Below are positions 37,385 to 47,992 of a DNA stretch of 64,000 nucleotides, piece after piece. Made by a program: the position numbers and the translations under genes. The stretch comes from an uncultured Saprospiraceae bacterium (GTDB lineage: Bacteria > Bacteroidota > Bacteroidia > Chitinophagales > Saprospiraceae). The notes beneath the pieces were generated by a model. It saw only the letters and a list, made by a program, of their open reading frames with translations, was not told the DNA's origin and made no database searches. Positions within the stretch are counted from its first letter, which is position 1, and each line of letters opens with the position of its first letter. Location: NCBI GenBank assembly GCA_964441755.1, contig CAYTVG010000006.1:173100-237099 (forward strand), written 5' to 3'.

Positions 37385-40333
37385 ATGAAACGAATCATCC
37401 TTAGCAGTTTGTGGGCAGCTCTTTGCCTGCAGGCCGCTGCGCAGCCTGCAGCCCAGGCTGCCGCGCAGCCGCTGCCGGAGCCCGTCCGCTGGGTCAATCC
37501 CTTCATTGGCACGGGCGGACACGGCCACACTTTTCCGGGAGCCACCCTCCCTTTTGGCATGGTACAACTGAGCCCCGATACCCGGCTCGACGGCTGGGAC
37601 GGCTGCAGCGGGTATCACTATACCGACAGCATTGTCTACGGCTTCAGCCACACCCACCTTAGCGGCACGGGCGTGTCCGACTATGGCGATGTGCTGCTCA
37701 TGCCCACCACGGGCGCACTGCAGCTCGACAACGGTGCCCGCACCGGCTACCAGAACGGCTATGCCTCGCCTTTTGACAAAAGCAAAGAGACAGCCTCTCC
37801 GGGCTATTACAGCACCTACCTTACTGAATATCAAACAAAAGTAGAACTCACCGCTACTGAACGGGCGGGGTTTCACCGCTACACTTTTGACAACGCGACT
37901 ACGGTCAATGTTGTCCTCGACCTGCTGCACCGCGACCTGCTCACAGGTGACACCCTGATCATCGACCGACTTGATGAGGGAGAGATCAGCGGCCACCGCA
38001 TCTCGCGCGCCTGGGCCGAAGAGCAGCACCTGTATTTTGTCATACGCTTCTCGCGGCCCGGCCGGATCGCTGCGCGGGAAGATCGCGCTGGCAAAGCGGT
38101 GAAGCTGGGGCTACAATTTACGCTCGACAAAGACCGCGTGCTGCTCGCCAAAGTGGGCATTTCCGGTGTTTCCATCACCAACGCCCGCAAAAACCTGCTG
38201 GCCGAAATTCCACACTGGAATTTTGAGCAAACCCGCTACGCTGCCCAGAACAGCTGGATCAAAGAGCTGGGTAAGGTGACTGTTCGCGGCGGCACCGATG
38301 AGCAGCGCATCAATTTTTATACAGCCCTCTACCACAGTATGATTGCCCCCAACCTATGGTCCGACATCAACGGCTACTACCGCGGCATGGACGGGCAGGT
38401 GCACCGGGCTGAGCCGGGCCGCAAGGTGTATACCGTCTTCTCTTTGTGGGACACCTTCCGCGCCAACCACCCCCTGTTTACCATCCTGCAGCAGGAGCGC
38501 ACCCAGGACTTTATCTACACCTTCCTGCAGCACTACCAGCAGGGCGGCCGCCTGCCGGTATGGGAGCTGGCCGCCAATGAGACGGAGTGTATGATTGGCT
38601 ACCACAGCGTGTCGGTGGTGGCCGACGCCTACGCCAAGGGACTGCGCAACTGGGACCAGCAGCGCATGCTGCAGGCCATGGTTCATGGCGCCAACCTCGA
38701 CCACTTTGGTCTCGGCAGCTACAAAAAGCACGGCTGCGTACTGGCAGCCGACGAAGCGGAGAGCGTGAGCAAGACGCTGGAGTACGCTTATGACGACTGG
38801 TGTATTGCCAACTTTGCAGCAGCCCTCGGGCAGGACAGCATTGCCGCCCTGTTTATGGAGCGTGCACAGTACTACAAAAACCTCTATGACCCCCATTCAG
38901 GCTTCTTCCGTGCGCGGGTTGACGGCAACTGGTTTACGCCTTTCGACCCGGCAGAAGTCAACTTTAACTACACCGAAGCCAATGCCTGGCAATACGGCTT
39001 TTTTGTCCCCCACGACCTGGCCGGCCTGACCCGCCTGCTGGGCGGGCCGCAGGCACTCGACAAAAAGCTCGACGCCCTTTTTGCTGCCAGCAGCCAGACG
39101 ACCGGGCGGCAGCAGGCCGACATCACCGGCCTCATCGGCCAGTATGCCCACGGCAACGAGCCCAGCCACCACGTGGCCTACCTCTACAATTTTGCCGGCA
39201 AGCCCTGGAAAGCACAGAAGATGCTCCGCCGCATCATGGCGGAGATGTACCACAACAAGCCCGACGGGCTGAGTGGCAACGAGGACTGCGGGCAAATGTC
39301 GGCCTGGTATGTATTCAGCGCCATGGGCATGTATCCCGTGACGCCCGGCCTGCCGCTTTACTCGCTTGGCTCCCCCATTTTTGACGAAGTGGAGATTAAG
39401 CTCGAAAACGGCAACACCCTTTTCATCAAGGCGCCCCAGGGCAGCGAGGGCGAGCAGCCCTATGTACAGACCGTCAGCTTCAATGGCCTCCCCATTGAGC
39501 ACTCCTATGTCGAGCACAGCCGGCTGATGGCCGGCGGCGAGCTGGCGTTTGTGTTGGGAAAAAATCCCAACATGACGTGGGCGGCAGCGCCCGAGCTGAG
39601 CGCCATTACGCGCATTGACAGCAGCTTGTTGATCACTCCCACGCCGGCCATCCTGGCCGGCAGTGTCACTTTTACCGACAAGCTGGAAATCAGCATCAGC
39701 GCTGCCTGCAGCGACTGCCGCTACCAGTACCGCAAGGGTGACGATGCTACCATCATTGACTATCAGGGGCCTTTCAGCATTGATACCAGTATGCGGCTGA
39801 CGGCCTGGGCGCTCTCGCCCGAGGGGCGTAAGAGCCGCGAGATACAGCAGGATTTTCATAAAATCCGCGGCGGGCGCAGCGTCAGGCTGGCATCGGCCTA
39901 TGCCAATCAGTACTCCGCCGGCGGAGAGATCGCACTAATTGACTACCTGCGCGGCAGCAACAACTTCAGGACGGGCCGCTGGCAAGGCTATGAGGGACAA
40001 AATTTTGTGGCGGTTGTTGATTTTGGCGAGCAAGTGTCTCCGGATACGGTAGGCGTTGGCTTCCTGCAGGATGTGGGCAGCTGGATATTCCTGCCGCCGC
40101 GTGTGACTTTCTCTGTCTCTAATGATGGCAAAGATTACGCCAAGCTGGGCGTGGTGACCCACACCCTGGCCGACACCGACAAGACGGTTGTCACCCACGA
40201 TTTTGTGCAGGCGGCGGCTACCAATTTCCGCTACCTGAAGGTTGAGGCCGAGAACTACGGCATCTGCCCGCCCTGGCACCAGGGTGCAGGCGGCAACAGC
40301 TGGCTGTTTGTCGATGAAATCTGGGCGCGATAA
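37385..40333 (+). CDS. GH92-family alpha-mannosidase with C-terminal F5/8 type C (discoidin-like) domain
   Basis: 982 aa; signal peptide, VNPFIGTGGHGHTFPGATLPFGMVQLSPDT, NEPSHHVAYLY, GNEDCGQMSAWYVFSAMG. Confidence 0.9.
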   Translation: MKRIILSSLWAALCLQAAAQPAAQAAAQPLPEPVRWVNPFIGTGGHGHTFPGATLPFGMVQLSPDTRLDGWDGCSGYHYTDSIVYGFSHTHLSGTGVSDYGDVLLMPTTGALQLDNGARTGYQNGYASPFDKSKETASPGYYSTYLTEYQTKVELTATERAGFHRYTFDNATTVNVVLDLLHRDLLTGDTLIIDRLDEGEISGHRISRAWAEEQHLYFVIRFSRPGRIAAREDRAGKAVKLGLQFTLDKDRVLLAKVGISGVSITNARKNLLAEIPHWNFEQTRYAAQNSWIKELGKVTVRGGTDEQRINFYTALYHSMIAPNLWSDINGYYRGMDGQVHRAEPGRKVYTVFSLWDTFRANHPLFTILQQERTQDFIYTFLQHYQQGGRLPVWELAANETECMIGYHSVSVVADAYAKGLRNWDQQRMLQAMVHGANLDHFGLGSYKKHGCVLAADEAESVSKTLEYAYDDWCIANFAAALGQDSIAALFMERAQYYKNLYDPHSGFFRARVDGNWFTPFDPAEVNFNYTEANAWQYGFFVPHDLAGLTRLLGGPQALDKKLDALFAASSQTTGRQQADITGLIGQYAHGNEPSHHVAYLYNFAGKPWKAQKMLRRIMAEMYHNKPDGLSGNEDCGQMSAWYVFSAMGMYPVTPGLPLYSLGSPIFDEVEIKLENGNTLFIKAPQGSEGEQPYVQTVSFNGLPIEHSYVEHSRLMAGGELAFVLGKNPNMTWAAAPELSAITRIDSSLLITPTPAILAGSVTFTDKLEISISAACSDCRYQYRKGDDATIIDYQGPFSIDTSMRLTAWALSPEGRKSREIQQDFHKIRGGRSVRLASAYANQYSAGGEIALIDYLRGSNNFRTGRWQGYEGQNFVAVVDFGEQVSPDTVGVGFLQDVGSWIFLPPRVTFSVSNDGKDYAKLGVVTHTLADTDKTVVTHDFVQAAATNFRYLKVEAENYGICPPWHQGAGGNSWLFVDEIWAR

Positions 40334-40338
40334 GCTAC

Positions 40339-40374
40339 TGACCGTTGGGTTGACGAGTGTCGACCCAACGGTCA
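40339..40374. terminator. Hairpin between convergent GH92 and AraC-family genes
   Basis: 16-bp stem TGACCGTTGGGTTGAC / GTCGACCCAACGGTCA with one G-U pair and a 4-nt loop. Confidence 0.6.
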
Positions 40375-40381
40375 ACATAGC

Positions 40382-42145
40382 TTACGACTCCTCTTCGGTA
40401 TACGGCTCCTCTTCGAGACCAGGTCGCTGAGAAGGGTCGAGCGCCAGCCGTGCAAATTCGGTAGGCGAGAAGCCCGTCACCTCTTTGAACTGCCGATAGA
40501 AGGACACCCTGTTGGCGAAACCGGATTTTTCGGCAACCTCAGTAAGCGGCATGCCGGAGCCCTGTGTCAGGATCAACCGCCTCGCTTCGTTGACCCGAAA
40601 ATTTTTGATGATCCCGTACAAGTTGGAATTACTGTAATCACTGATCGCTTGTGATATATATTTCTGATTGGTAGCCAACTTGATGCATATATCCTGGCGA
40701 TTGAGATTGGGATCTGTATACCATTTTTCGGCAGCCATGCGATCCATAAGCGTTTGGTAGAGGATATACATGGGATTCTGCTGAGGTTCGTGCAGGTATT
40801 CAGTTGCATCATCAGCCCTGTTTGTAGGCCTGAGATCGTCGCGATTGACTACCTCCCGAATATTTAACTGGAAGAGACTTTTAACCAGTGCCCGCTCGCG
40901 GATACGCTGGATAATAAAAATGGTTACGGCCAGCAGTATTACAACCAACAGAGTGATCAGCAGCCTGTTGACCCGTTGTCGGAGCAGCAGCTCCTCTTTG
41001 ACAAGACTTAGCTCTGCTGTTATCTTATTGAGTTCGTACATTGCCTGCATCTCCTGATAGGCCGCAAGTGCGTTGGCATTGGTTCGTTGGTCGATATATT
41101 TTTCATAATTTTTGAGTGCCTCGCTGTATTTTTCATAGTTGCCCGTACGGAAGTAAAGCGTCATAAACTCTAGCTGAAGCTTATCGAGTACGTCAGTCCG
41201 CTCAACCTCCTCAAACAATTTTTGCGCCTGCAGCAGATTTTCTTCAGCGGCAGCATAGTTACCCTCCCCGAGAGCAGCCGTAGCCAGTAACCTGTGCAGT
41301 AACGCTTTCGACTCGATAAAATTATTGTCAACAGCAATCTGCATAGCCTTTTCAGCCGTGCGTTTGCTTTTATCCTGTTCATTCCTGCTCCATTGCTGGT
41401 CTGCCAGATTGATTAAGACCTTAGTGAGGTAGTAGCGATCCTCATCCCGGGAAAACAGCTCAATGGCCTGCATTGTATACTTGTCGGACAGGCTGTACTG
41501 CTTTGTTTCAAAATAATATTTACCCAAATTTTGCAGACACAAGCCCATATTGACGGTATCGCGTTTTTGGGTAGCAAAATCCAGCGCCTGCCTGGTCAGT
41601 TTAACTGCCTCCTCGTATTGCCTTATTTTGCTCTGCAGCAGGCCAATGTTAATCCAGCTCTGGGCGACGCTCATCGAGTCGCCCCTTTGCTCGGCGATGG
41701 CCAGCGATTTGTTATAGGCGGCGAGCGCCTCCGGCAGCTTGTCTTGTCTGTCCAGGACGATGCCAATATTGTTCCAGCAGGATTCCTGTAAGCTGTTGGG
41801 AAGTCTTCCGTACTGCGTTTGCAGTGCTTTTTGGTAATAGTTCTGGGCCAGGTAAAAATGAGACTGGTAGTATTCTGATACACCCAGCAAGTAGTAGCAT
41901 TTCGCGACCAGTGAATCGCTCGAGGCATCGCTCTGCAAGGCTCTGTTCAGTGCGTCCAGCATAATTTCACTTGCTTTGGCCGCCTGACCAGGCAGGAGCG
42001 CACGAGCCTCAGCATAACTCGACATAATACTCTCTGCCTCTCGGGAAGGCTGTTGTCCACACAAACTCAGTACGGCCAGCAGTGCCCCCAGCACGTGTAC
42101 GATTTTACTGTATACCCTCCCAAAAAATCCCCCTTGAATATGCAT
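40382..42145 (-). CDS. One-component regulator: extracytoplasmic TPR domain, single TM, C-terminal AraC/XylS HTH domain
   Basis: 587 aa; TPR repeats, TM LLITLLVVILLAVTIFIIQ, C-terminal RVNEARRLIL...VAEKSGFANRVSFYRQFKEVTGFSPTEFAR. Confidence 0.8.
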   Translation of the reverse strand: MHIQGGFFGRVYSKIVHVLGALLAVLSLCGQQPSREAESIMSSYAEARALLPGQAAKASEIMLDALNRALQSDASSDSLVAKCYYLLGVSEYYQSHFYLAQNYYQKALQTQYGRLPNSLQESCWNNIGIVLDRQDKLPEALAAYNKSLAIAEQRGDSMSVAQSWINIGLLQSKIRQYEEAVKLTRQALDFATQKRDTVNMGLCLQNLGKYYFETKQYSLSDKYTMQAIELFSRDEDRYYLTKVLINLADQQWSRNEQDKSKRTAEKAMQIAVDNNFIESKALLHRLLATAALGEGNYAAAEENLLQAQKLFEEVERTDVLDKLQLEFMTLYFRTGNYEKYSEALKNYEKYIDQRTNANALAAYQEMQAMYELNKITAELSLVKEELLLRQRVNRLLITLLVVILLAVTIFIIQRIRERALVKSLFQLNIREVVNRDDLRPTNRADDATEYLHEPQQNPMYILYQTLMDRMAAEKWYTDPNLNRQDICIKLATNQKYISQAISDYSNSNLYGIIKNFRVNEARRLILTQGSGMPLTEVAEKSGFANRVSFYRQFKEVTGFSPTEFARLALDPSQRPGLEEEPYTEEES

Positions 42146-42441
42146 GGTTACTCATTTTTATGCGCATCAATGACAACACACCTTACAGGCAAGCTCAGCC
42201 TTAATGCATAACTATCCCAAAATCAGCCATACAGGCAACCCGGGACAGTTATGCAGGCCGTTGAATGAGCATTTGCTTTGGCAATATAAGCCAAGCTAAC
42301 AAAAAACCATCACTCTGGTAGTATCACCCGAATGATGGAGCTACAAAACAAGGAGGGATTGTTTTGTCAACGGATTGATCGGGGGTGCGCCTGCACCCCC
42401 GATTGATATACCTATTCATGCGTGACTGCATGAGGCCCGTA

Positions 42442-42476
42442 GCCGGCATTTGCTGACGTTGGCAGCAAATGCCGGC
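42442..42476 (-). terminator. Hairpin downstream of the giant surface-protein gene
   Basis: Perfect 14-bp stem GCCGGCATTTGCTG / CAGCAAATGCCGGC. A second hairpin lies at 42374-42407. No clear U-tract. Confidence 0.4.
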
Positions 42477-42515
42477 CACAGGCAAGAGCAGGCACATTGG
42501 ATGTATGGATCTGAT

Positions 42516-45500
42516 TTACCTGCCTGAATAATTCTGGCTCATCACCTGCAGGTTTCCAAAAACAACATTCAGGCCATTAACCGGATTATTTTGCGATACC
42601 AGCAGACCGACTTCCACACAGCTACCCAGTGGCAGAGACACAGCCCCTATCTGTGACCAGACAGTTCCATTGGCAGAAGCATAACCAACGACTGTATTTC
42701 CGATTCTAACAATTCTGAGCCACTGCGTATTAAACCTGGGCACCTGTGCAAAGACCGAAGAAGCGTTGACAGCAGACCGGATCTCCCGGCGCACTGTATT
42801 GCGCTGGTTGGTGATCGTCAGCTGGAATTTTCTGGCGCCCGGCTGGTCATTTTCCCGCAGGCTGATCCCTGCCCAGCCATTGCCGTTAAACTGATTAATG
42901 CGCACTTGTATGCTTCCGTCACCGCAAAGACTACGAGACAGATACGCCAGTTCATCGCTGTTGTAAGGTGTCACATAGTAGCACCCATTGCTCGCCAGGG
43001 TGAACGTTTCCTGTGCGGGATCGTAAACCACACTACTACCACCCGTACAGCCGATTCCGTCACTGTCGTGATTCCAGCCGCAAGGCAGGCCACCGACCGT
43101 GAGTTCTGTCGTACAGGTCGTCTGATTGCCGGCAGCATCTTCGGCAGTGACGGTCACCGGCAGGGTAGTGCCGATGGCTGAACAATCAACGGAAGCCTGT
43201 GATAATGTCAGTGATTCAACACCACAGTTGTCTGTGGCCATCGCAAAATCGGAGGCATCAAGCACTACACTGCTTTCGCCGTTCAACAGCACTTCTACGT
43301 TCTGGCAGCTGAGTGTAGGCGGGACAGAGTCTGTTACCGTAAGCAGCAGACTACAGCTGGCCGTGTTACCGGCGACATCGCTCGCTGTCCACACGATTGT
43401 TGTCAGTCCGGGAGGCAGCACAGCCCCTGCCAGACTAGCTGTCTGATTAAAGTCATTCGAAACTGTGGCGACTCCGCAATTATCTGCAGTGGCTACCGGA
43501 TCGAAGCCGGCATCCGCAACTGTCAGGTCGCAGGACTGCCCATCGAGGAAGATTGTCTGGTTGGTTGCACAACTAATGGTTGGCAGCTGGTTGTCTTCCA
43601 CTGTCAGCACAAACTGGCAACTGTCACGATTGCCCAGTGCATCTTCAACATTCCATCGGACGGTTGTCTGTCCGGGACTAAACGAATAGCCGCTCAGATC
43701 CGTGCCGGTTCCGCTATGAATGCCCTCCAGAGAATAGTTGATCATCACGGCACCACAGCCTCCGCTTACCAAAGGATTGAGCAGACTGTCGGCTGTAAAT
43801 ACACAACTGGCAGCAGCCACCTCAACGGTGGTAGCTGACGGGCAGCTATCGATCACTACAGGCACAGCGCCGGTGACGGTCAGCAGCAGCGAGCAGCTAT
43901 CGCGGTTGCCTTCGTTGTCTGTCACTATCCACTGTATGGTCGTATTGCCATTTTCGAAGACCACATTGGCAAGCGAATTGGATCCACTACCGGTGGTAGC
44001 CCCTGTCAGCGCGTAGGCTGTTGTAGCCACCCCACAATTATCACTGCTGCTGAGCAGGTTAAACTCTGTACCACTCGCTGTGTAGGAGCAAGCCCCCGGA
44101 ACATTGCGCGTCTGGTTGGCCGGACAGCTAAGTGTCGGGGGCGTCACATCACCGATGACGACTGATATGACATTGGAAAAAGCCTCACAAACTACAGTAT
44201 CCAGCGTACTGATTGCCTTTCGCCGAAAATATGTTGTTGCAGACAAAGTAGACGGATCATAAGCAGCGGTCGTTGCCTGGGCGATATCTGCCCAGTTGTC
44301 AACCCCTGTGCTGCCGGACTGCCACTGGTAAGCGAGCGTTCCCTGACCGCTGGCTGCGAGCGTATCACTGAGTTGAGCGGCATCCGTCGGCAGGCAATAG
44401 GACTGATCGGCGGCTATTGCACCAGCCGTGACTGTATTGACGACTACATAGGCGGTATCAGCCATACTCACTGAACAACTTCCCTGCGTGGCCGTGACTG
44501 TATACTGACCTGCTGCCGTTAAGGCTCCAAAATCGAGTGCAGCGCCTGTCCCGGCAAGTGGGCTACCCTCATTGACGCCATCCTTTTTCAGTTGATAACT
44601 CACCCCGGCAGCAGAGCCGCTCAGACCTATGGCAACACCTGCGGCGCCCTCGCACAAAGTACCTCCGCCTGTGACGTTGTAGACTGTCAGGCAAGCCAGG
44701 CCCGTACCACTCAATTGCAGGTCAAATGTATTTTCGTCCGGGTCGTTGCTGCTAATTTTCAGCAAAGCTGTGCGGCTGCCTGTGCCCGTGGGCGTAAAGC
44801 GTACGCTCAGATTGGTATTTTGCCCGGCGCTGAGGGTGCCTGATGTCAAAGGCGTCACGGTGAAATCAGCGGCATGGCTACCTTCAACCGCCACGGAAAG
44901 CCCGCTCAGATCAGCCCTGCCCACACTAATCAACTTCAGCACCCTGTCGACGTTGTTGCCTGTTGTTGCACTGCCAAAATCAACCACCGAGACACTGTCC
45001 AGCAAATTGGTACAAGCCGGGTATTCGACTGCTATGTCAGCACTTGCTGCCACAGTATACTCGAGTGCCCCCATAGCGGGACTCGTCAGGCTGCGGGTGG
45101 CCCCTGCCAGGTCTTCCGTAATACCTGTGCCCGCTGTACCGATCAAGGCTGCATTGGTAGGGATAAAACTACTAAGCGTAGTTCCTGCAGGATCCGTAAA
45201 GGCAGGATTTTCGTTTGTGCTGCCGGCATTCTGGCCAAAACTGCTCTCCCGCCAGCAACTGAATGACTTGTAGATGTTTGTCCAGAAGCGCGCTATGGTG
45301 CTCCCTTCTCCGCTGACATAGTAGTTGTTGTTGTCCAGCGTGAGGTTGGCGATGGTATTTGTCTGGACGCGGAAACTGTAGTGCTTGTCTGTCGCGCCCG
45401 GTGTTGAGCGCGTATTCACAAACAGGTTATTCTTACAGAGGAACTGATGATCCGCCTGATTTACAAAACACGATGACTCACTGTTACTTCCGGCAGGCAG

Positions 45501-47495
45501 TGTACCACTCAGCAGCCATGTATTGTGGTACATACTCAGCGACCCCTGAGCCGTAAGTAAATCCTGCAACCCAAAGGTAGCAGTATTTATATTATTGTCC
45601 ACCCAGACAAGGTTGTTGTTCACCACAGCAGCCCCATCGCCGTCCAGTTTGATACCTGCAGCAGTGGTCGCGCCAGCAGGTGCATGCAGGCCATAGATGT
45701 GATTATTACTCACTCCTGTAGCAGTCGCCGCTGCAGTCTGTACATAAATGCCAAAGATTTGCCCGTTAAAATTCGATGCAATCCCGCGTAAATCCCTGAT
45801 GGTATTGCGTTCTATCGAGCAGTTGCCATTGATCAGAAAAAGCGATATGCCCTGTAGTGGAGCATTTAGGTTGCTACTACTATTTTTTCCAGTATGCGAT
45901 ACCTCATAGATTTGATTGTCGTAAATAGAGGTGGATCCACGACCTGCAAAGATGCCGCGCGTACCCGCAGTATTATTAGTTGTTCTGTCAGTATTCAAAA
46001 TATTGGCTACCAAGTTATTGGCGATAACATTGACTCCGATGTTAGCCATATTGATCCCCTCTATCCTTTTGGATCCCCCGATCACCGACGCATCAAGCAT
46101 AAGGCTGTTGGCCATACTGCTACTGCCAATAAGGTTGTTCTGAATGATTACATTTCTAATTTTCGAAGTATTACCTCCTACACCTATACCATTTATAATA
46201 GCAGCGCCCGAAGTAGTAGTCGACAAGACAGCGCCTCCCACCTTATTATTAGCGATCAGTAAGGTATCCATGGCATCATCTGAAAAGGCGATCCCTCTAA
46301 TACCCCACAAGAAATTGTTACCGGTAGTAGTATTTATCTGAATACTACCGGCTGTGGTATCAGAACCAATCACATTGGCTGTAAGATTACCTATATAGCA
46401 GCTGGCATTAGAAGCAACCTCTATCCCTTTCCAGCTAACCTCTGTACCTGACAAATTGATATTGGCGATTTGGTTTCCTTGTATGTTGCTACCACCCGTA
46501 GCACCGATTGAAGCAATTAATATACCATTGAAATTCAACGCAGTGCTACTATTTATTGCCAGTGCACTCCCTCCACAGCTACGCTCACTCCCTCCAATAT
46601 AATTATCTGAAAAAGTAAAATTTGTACAGCCGCCATTCAGACAACTTACTCTAATCGCTGAAATGAACTGATTATTCGTAGTAGCTGCCAGCGTAGTTGT
46701 TTCAAAAAAATGATTGCCTTGGACGGTCCAATTGGTGTTGTAATTGCCAATAAAAATAATTGATGGTTGAGTTACGCTCCCCGTGTAGAAACAATCCACG
46801 AATTCATTATCAATAATTTCATTACCGCTATTCTCTTTGTTGGCCTGAAACGAGCCATCACTGTAGATAACTATAACGGATCTGTTGTTGCTCTGTGCAT
46901 GGGTGAACCTGCAATTGGCGATCCGGTTATTGTCATTCCCTACCAAGGGGGCATTACTGCCAAAAGCGATGATACCTGCATTAAAAACATCACGAGCATT
47001 GACAGCTTTGATTATGCAATATTGCAATACGTTATGGGTGGCGTCATTATCAAACAATACAGCCCTGTTACCTCCTGTAGTTATCGTACTGACATTCTCT
47101 ATGGTCAGGCTGGCAGTACTACCGGCAGCATTGACCCGGCCATCGATGGTCACATTATCGGCACCCGATAAGCTGACAACTGCGAAGGCGCCGTTGCCGG
47201 TGATGGAGAGTCCCGGCTGGGTAGGATAGATCGTCAGCGAGCTCATACCGGCATTCTGGTTGAGTGTTGCAGCCGATGCCTCCGTTGTGCTGGCGATGAT
47301 CTTCAACGTAATATCTCCGGTAAGTATCCCACTGTTGATAGCACTGAAAGCACTACCCAGCGTCTGGTAGTCTGCCCCGACTGTACCGCCTACCGTTTTG
47401 GTGACCCCTGTAACGACTACCTGTGCAAAAATCCACTGACTACTGCCGAGCAATAGCAACAGCAGTATAGCCCGCAAGGGCATTCTGTAATCCAT
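42516..47495 (-). CDS. Giant secreted surface protein: right-handed beta-helix repeats, choice-of-anchor-D-like domain, Cys-bracketed Ig-like domains, ~5 HYR domains, C-terminal LamG/ConA-like jelly-roll
   Basis: 1659 aa; signal peptide MDYRMPLRAILLLLLLGSSQWIFAQ. The N-terminal ~780 aa are rich in N/G/I/T beta-helix turns. HYR-type repeats read D.TPPTLSCP.NQT...DNCGV. The tail contains W.RI.R.GN...GY.S.NG..W. Confidence 0.85.
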   Translation of the reverse strand: MDYRMPLRAILLLLLLGSSQWIFAQVVVTGVTKTVGGTVGADYQTLGSAFSAINSGILTGDITLKIIASTTEASAATLNQNAGMSSLTIYPTQPGLSITGNGAFAVVSLSGADNVTIDGRVNAAGSTASLTIENVSTITTGGNRAVLFDNDATHNVLQYCIIKAVNARDVFNAGIIAFGSNAPLVGNDNNRIANCRFTHAQSNNRSVIVIYSDGSFQANKENSGNEIIDNEFVDCFYTGSVTQPSIIFIGNYNTNWTVQGNHFFETTTLAATTNNQFISAIRVSCLNGGCTNFTFSDNYIGGSERSCGGSALAINSSTALNFNGILIASIGATGGSNIQGNQIANINLSGTEVSWKGIEVASNASCYIGNLTANVIGSDTTAGSIQINTTTGNNFLWGIRGIAFSDDAMDTLLIANNKVGGAVLSTTTSGAAIINGIGVGGNTSKIRNVIIQNNLIGSSSMANSLMLDASVIGGSKRIEGINMANIGVNVIANNLVANILNTDRTTNNTAGTRGIFAGRGSTSIYDNQIYEVSHTGKNSSSNLNAPLQGISLFLINGNCSIERNTIRDLRGIASNFNGQIFGIYVQTAAATATGVSNNHIYGLHAPAGATTAAGIKLDGDGAAVVNNNLVWVDNNINTATFGLQDLLTAQGSLSMYHNTWLLSGTLPAGSNSESSCFVNQADHQFLCKNNLFVNTRSTPGATDKHYSFRVQTNTIANLTLDNNNYYVSGEGSTIARFWTNIYKSFSCWRESSFGQNAGSTNENPAFTDPAGTTLSSFIPTNAALIGTAGTGITEDLAGATRSLTSPAMGALEYTVAASADIAVEYPACTNLLDSVSVVDFGSATTGNNVDRVLKLISVGRADLSGLSVAVEGSHAADFTVTPLTSGTLSAGQNTNLSVRFTPTGTGSRTALLKISSNDPDENTFDLQLSGTGLACLTVYNVTGGGTLCEGAAGVAIGLSGSAAGVSYQLKKDGVNEGSPLAGTGAALDFGALTAAGQYTVTATQGSCSVSMADTAYVVVNTVTAGAIAADQSYCLPTDAAQLSDTLAASGQGTLAYQWQSGSTGVDNWADIAQATTAAYDPSTLSATTYFRRKAISTLDTVVCEAFSNVISVVIGDVTPPTLSCPANQTRNVPGACSYTASGTEFNLLSSSDNCGVATTAYALTGATTGSGSNSLANVVFENGNTTIQWIVTDNEGNRDSCSLLLTVTGAVPVVIDSCPSATTVEVAAASCVFTADSLLNPLVSGGCGAVMINYSLEGIHSGTGTDLSGYSFSPGQTTVRWNVEDALGNRDSCQFVLTVEDNQLPTISCATNQTIFLDGQSCDLTVADAGFDPVATADNCGVATVSNDFNQTASLAGAVLPPGLTTIVWTASDVAGNTASCSLLLTVTDSVPPTLSCQNVEVLLNGESSVVLDASDFAMATDNCGVESLTLSQASVDCSAIGTTLPVTVTAEDAAGNQTTCTTELTVGGLPCGWNHDSDGIGCTGGSSVVYDPAQETFTLASNGCYYVTPYNSDELAYLSRSLCGDGSIQVRINQFNGNGWAGISLRENDQPGARKFQLTITNQRNTVRREIRSAVNASSVFAQVPRFNTQWLRIVRIGNTVVGYASANGTVWSQIGAVSLPLGSCVEVGLLVSQNNPVNGLNVVFGNLQVMSQNYSGR

Positions 47496-47992
47496 AAATC
47501 ATACTTTATTGATATGAGACAATGATCTGCAAGCGGGTGAAGTGCGACGATCTTGTGCGCGCACAGAACCATTCGATTCCGTCAGCTTGCGGATTCAACG
47601 AATTCGTGCTCTTTGCGCGTTCGGAATTGTCACCGTCCTGGTGTCAATACCGTCGTGATGCAAAGATGATTGAGGAGGTAAGAGATCACAAAAAATCAAG
47701 TTACGCTAGGGAAAAAAGATGTTACACTAAGGGAAAAAAGCCCCGGCAGCCTCGATACGCCCACTGAAGGCCGAGAAAATGCAGGAATATTATGGCCAGG
47801 CGCCTGATTTTTTTAAAAAACATATATATTTGTATCCATAGGGATTCACCACTTTCATACCCAAAACGAAAAACAGCCGGTACAGGCCGGGGATCCAGGG
47901 AGGGAGTTAGTGGTTTTCAAGTGGCTCCGTTTTGTTGTCAACCCGCCTGCCGGGTATGTACTTACACCCTTAAGCCGGCACAAACAAACTGT

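Noticed and set aside
38897-39859. 320-aa minus-strand ORF, plus 37370-38029 and 38354-38896
   Set aside because: These are antisense to the GH92 gene.
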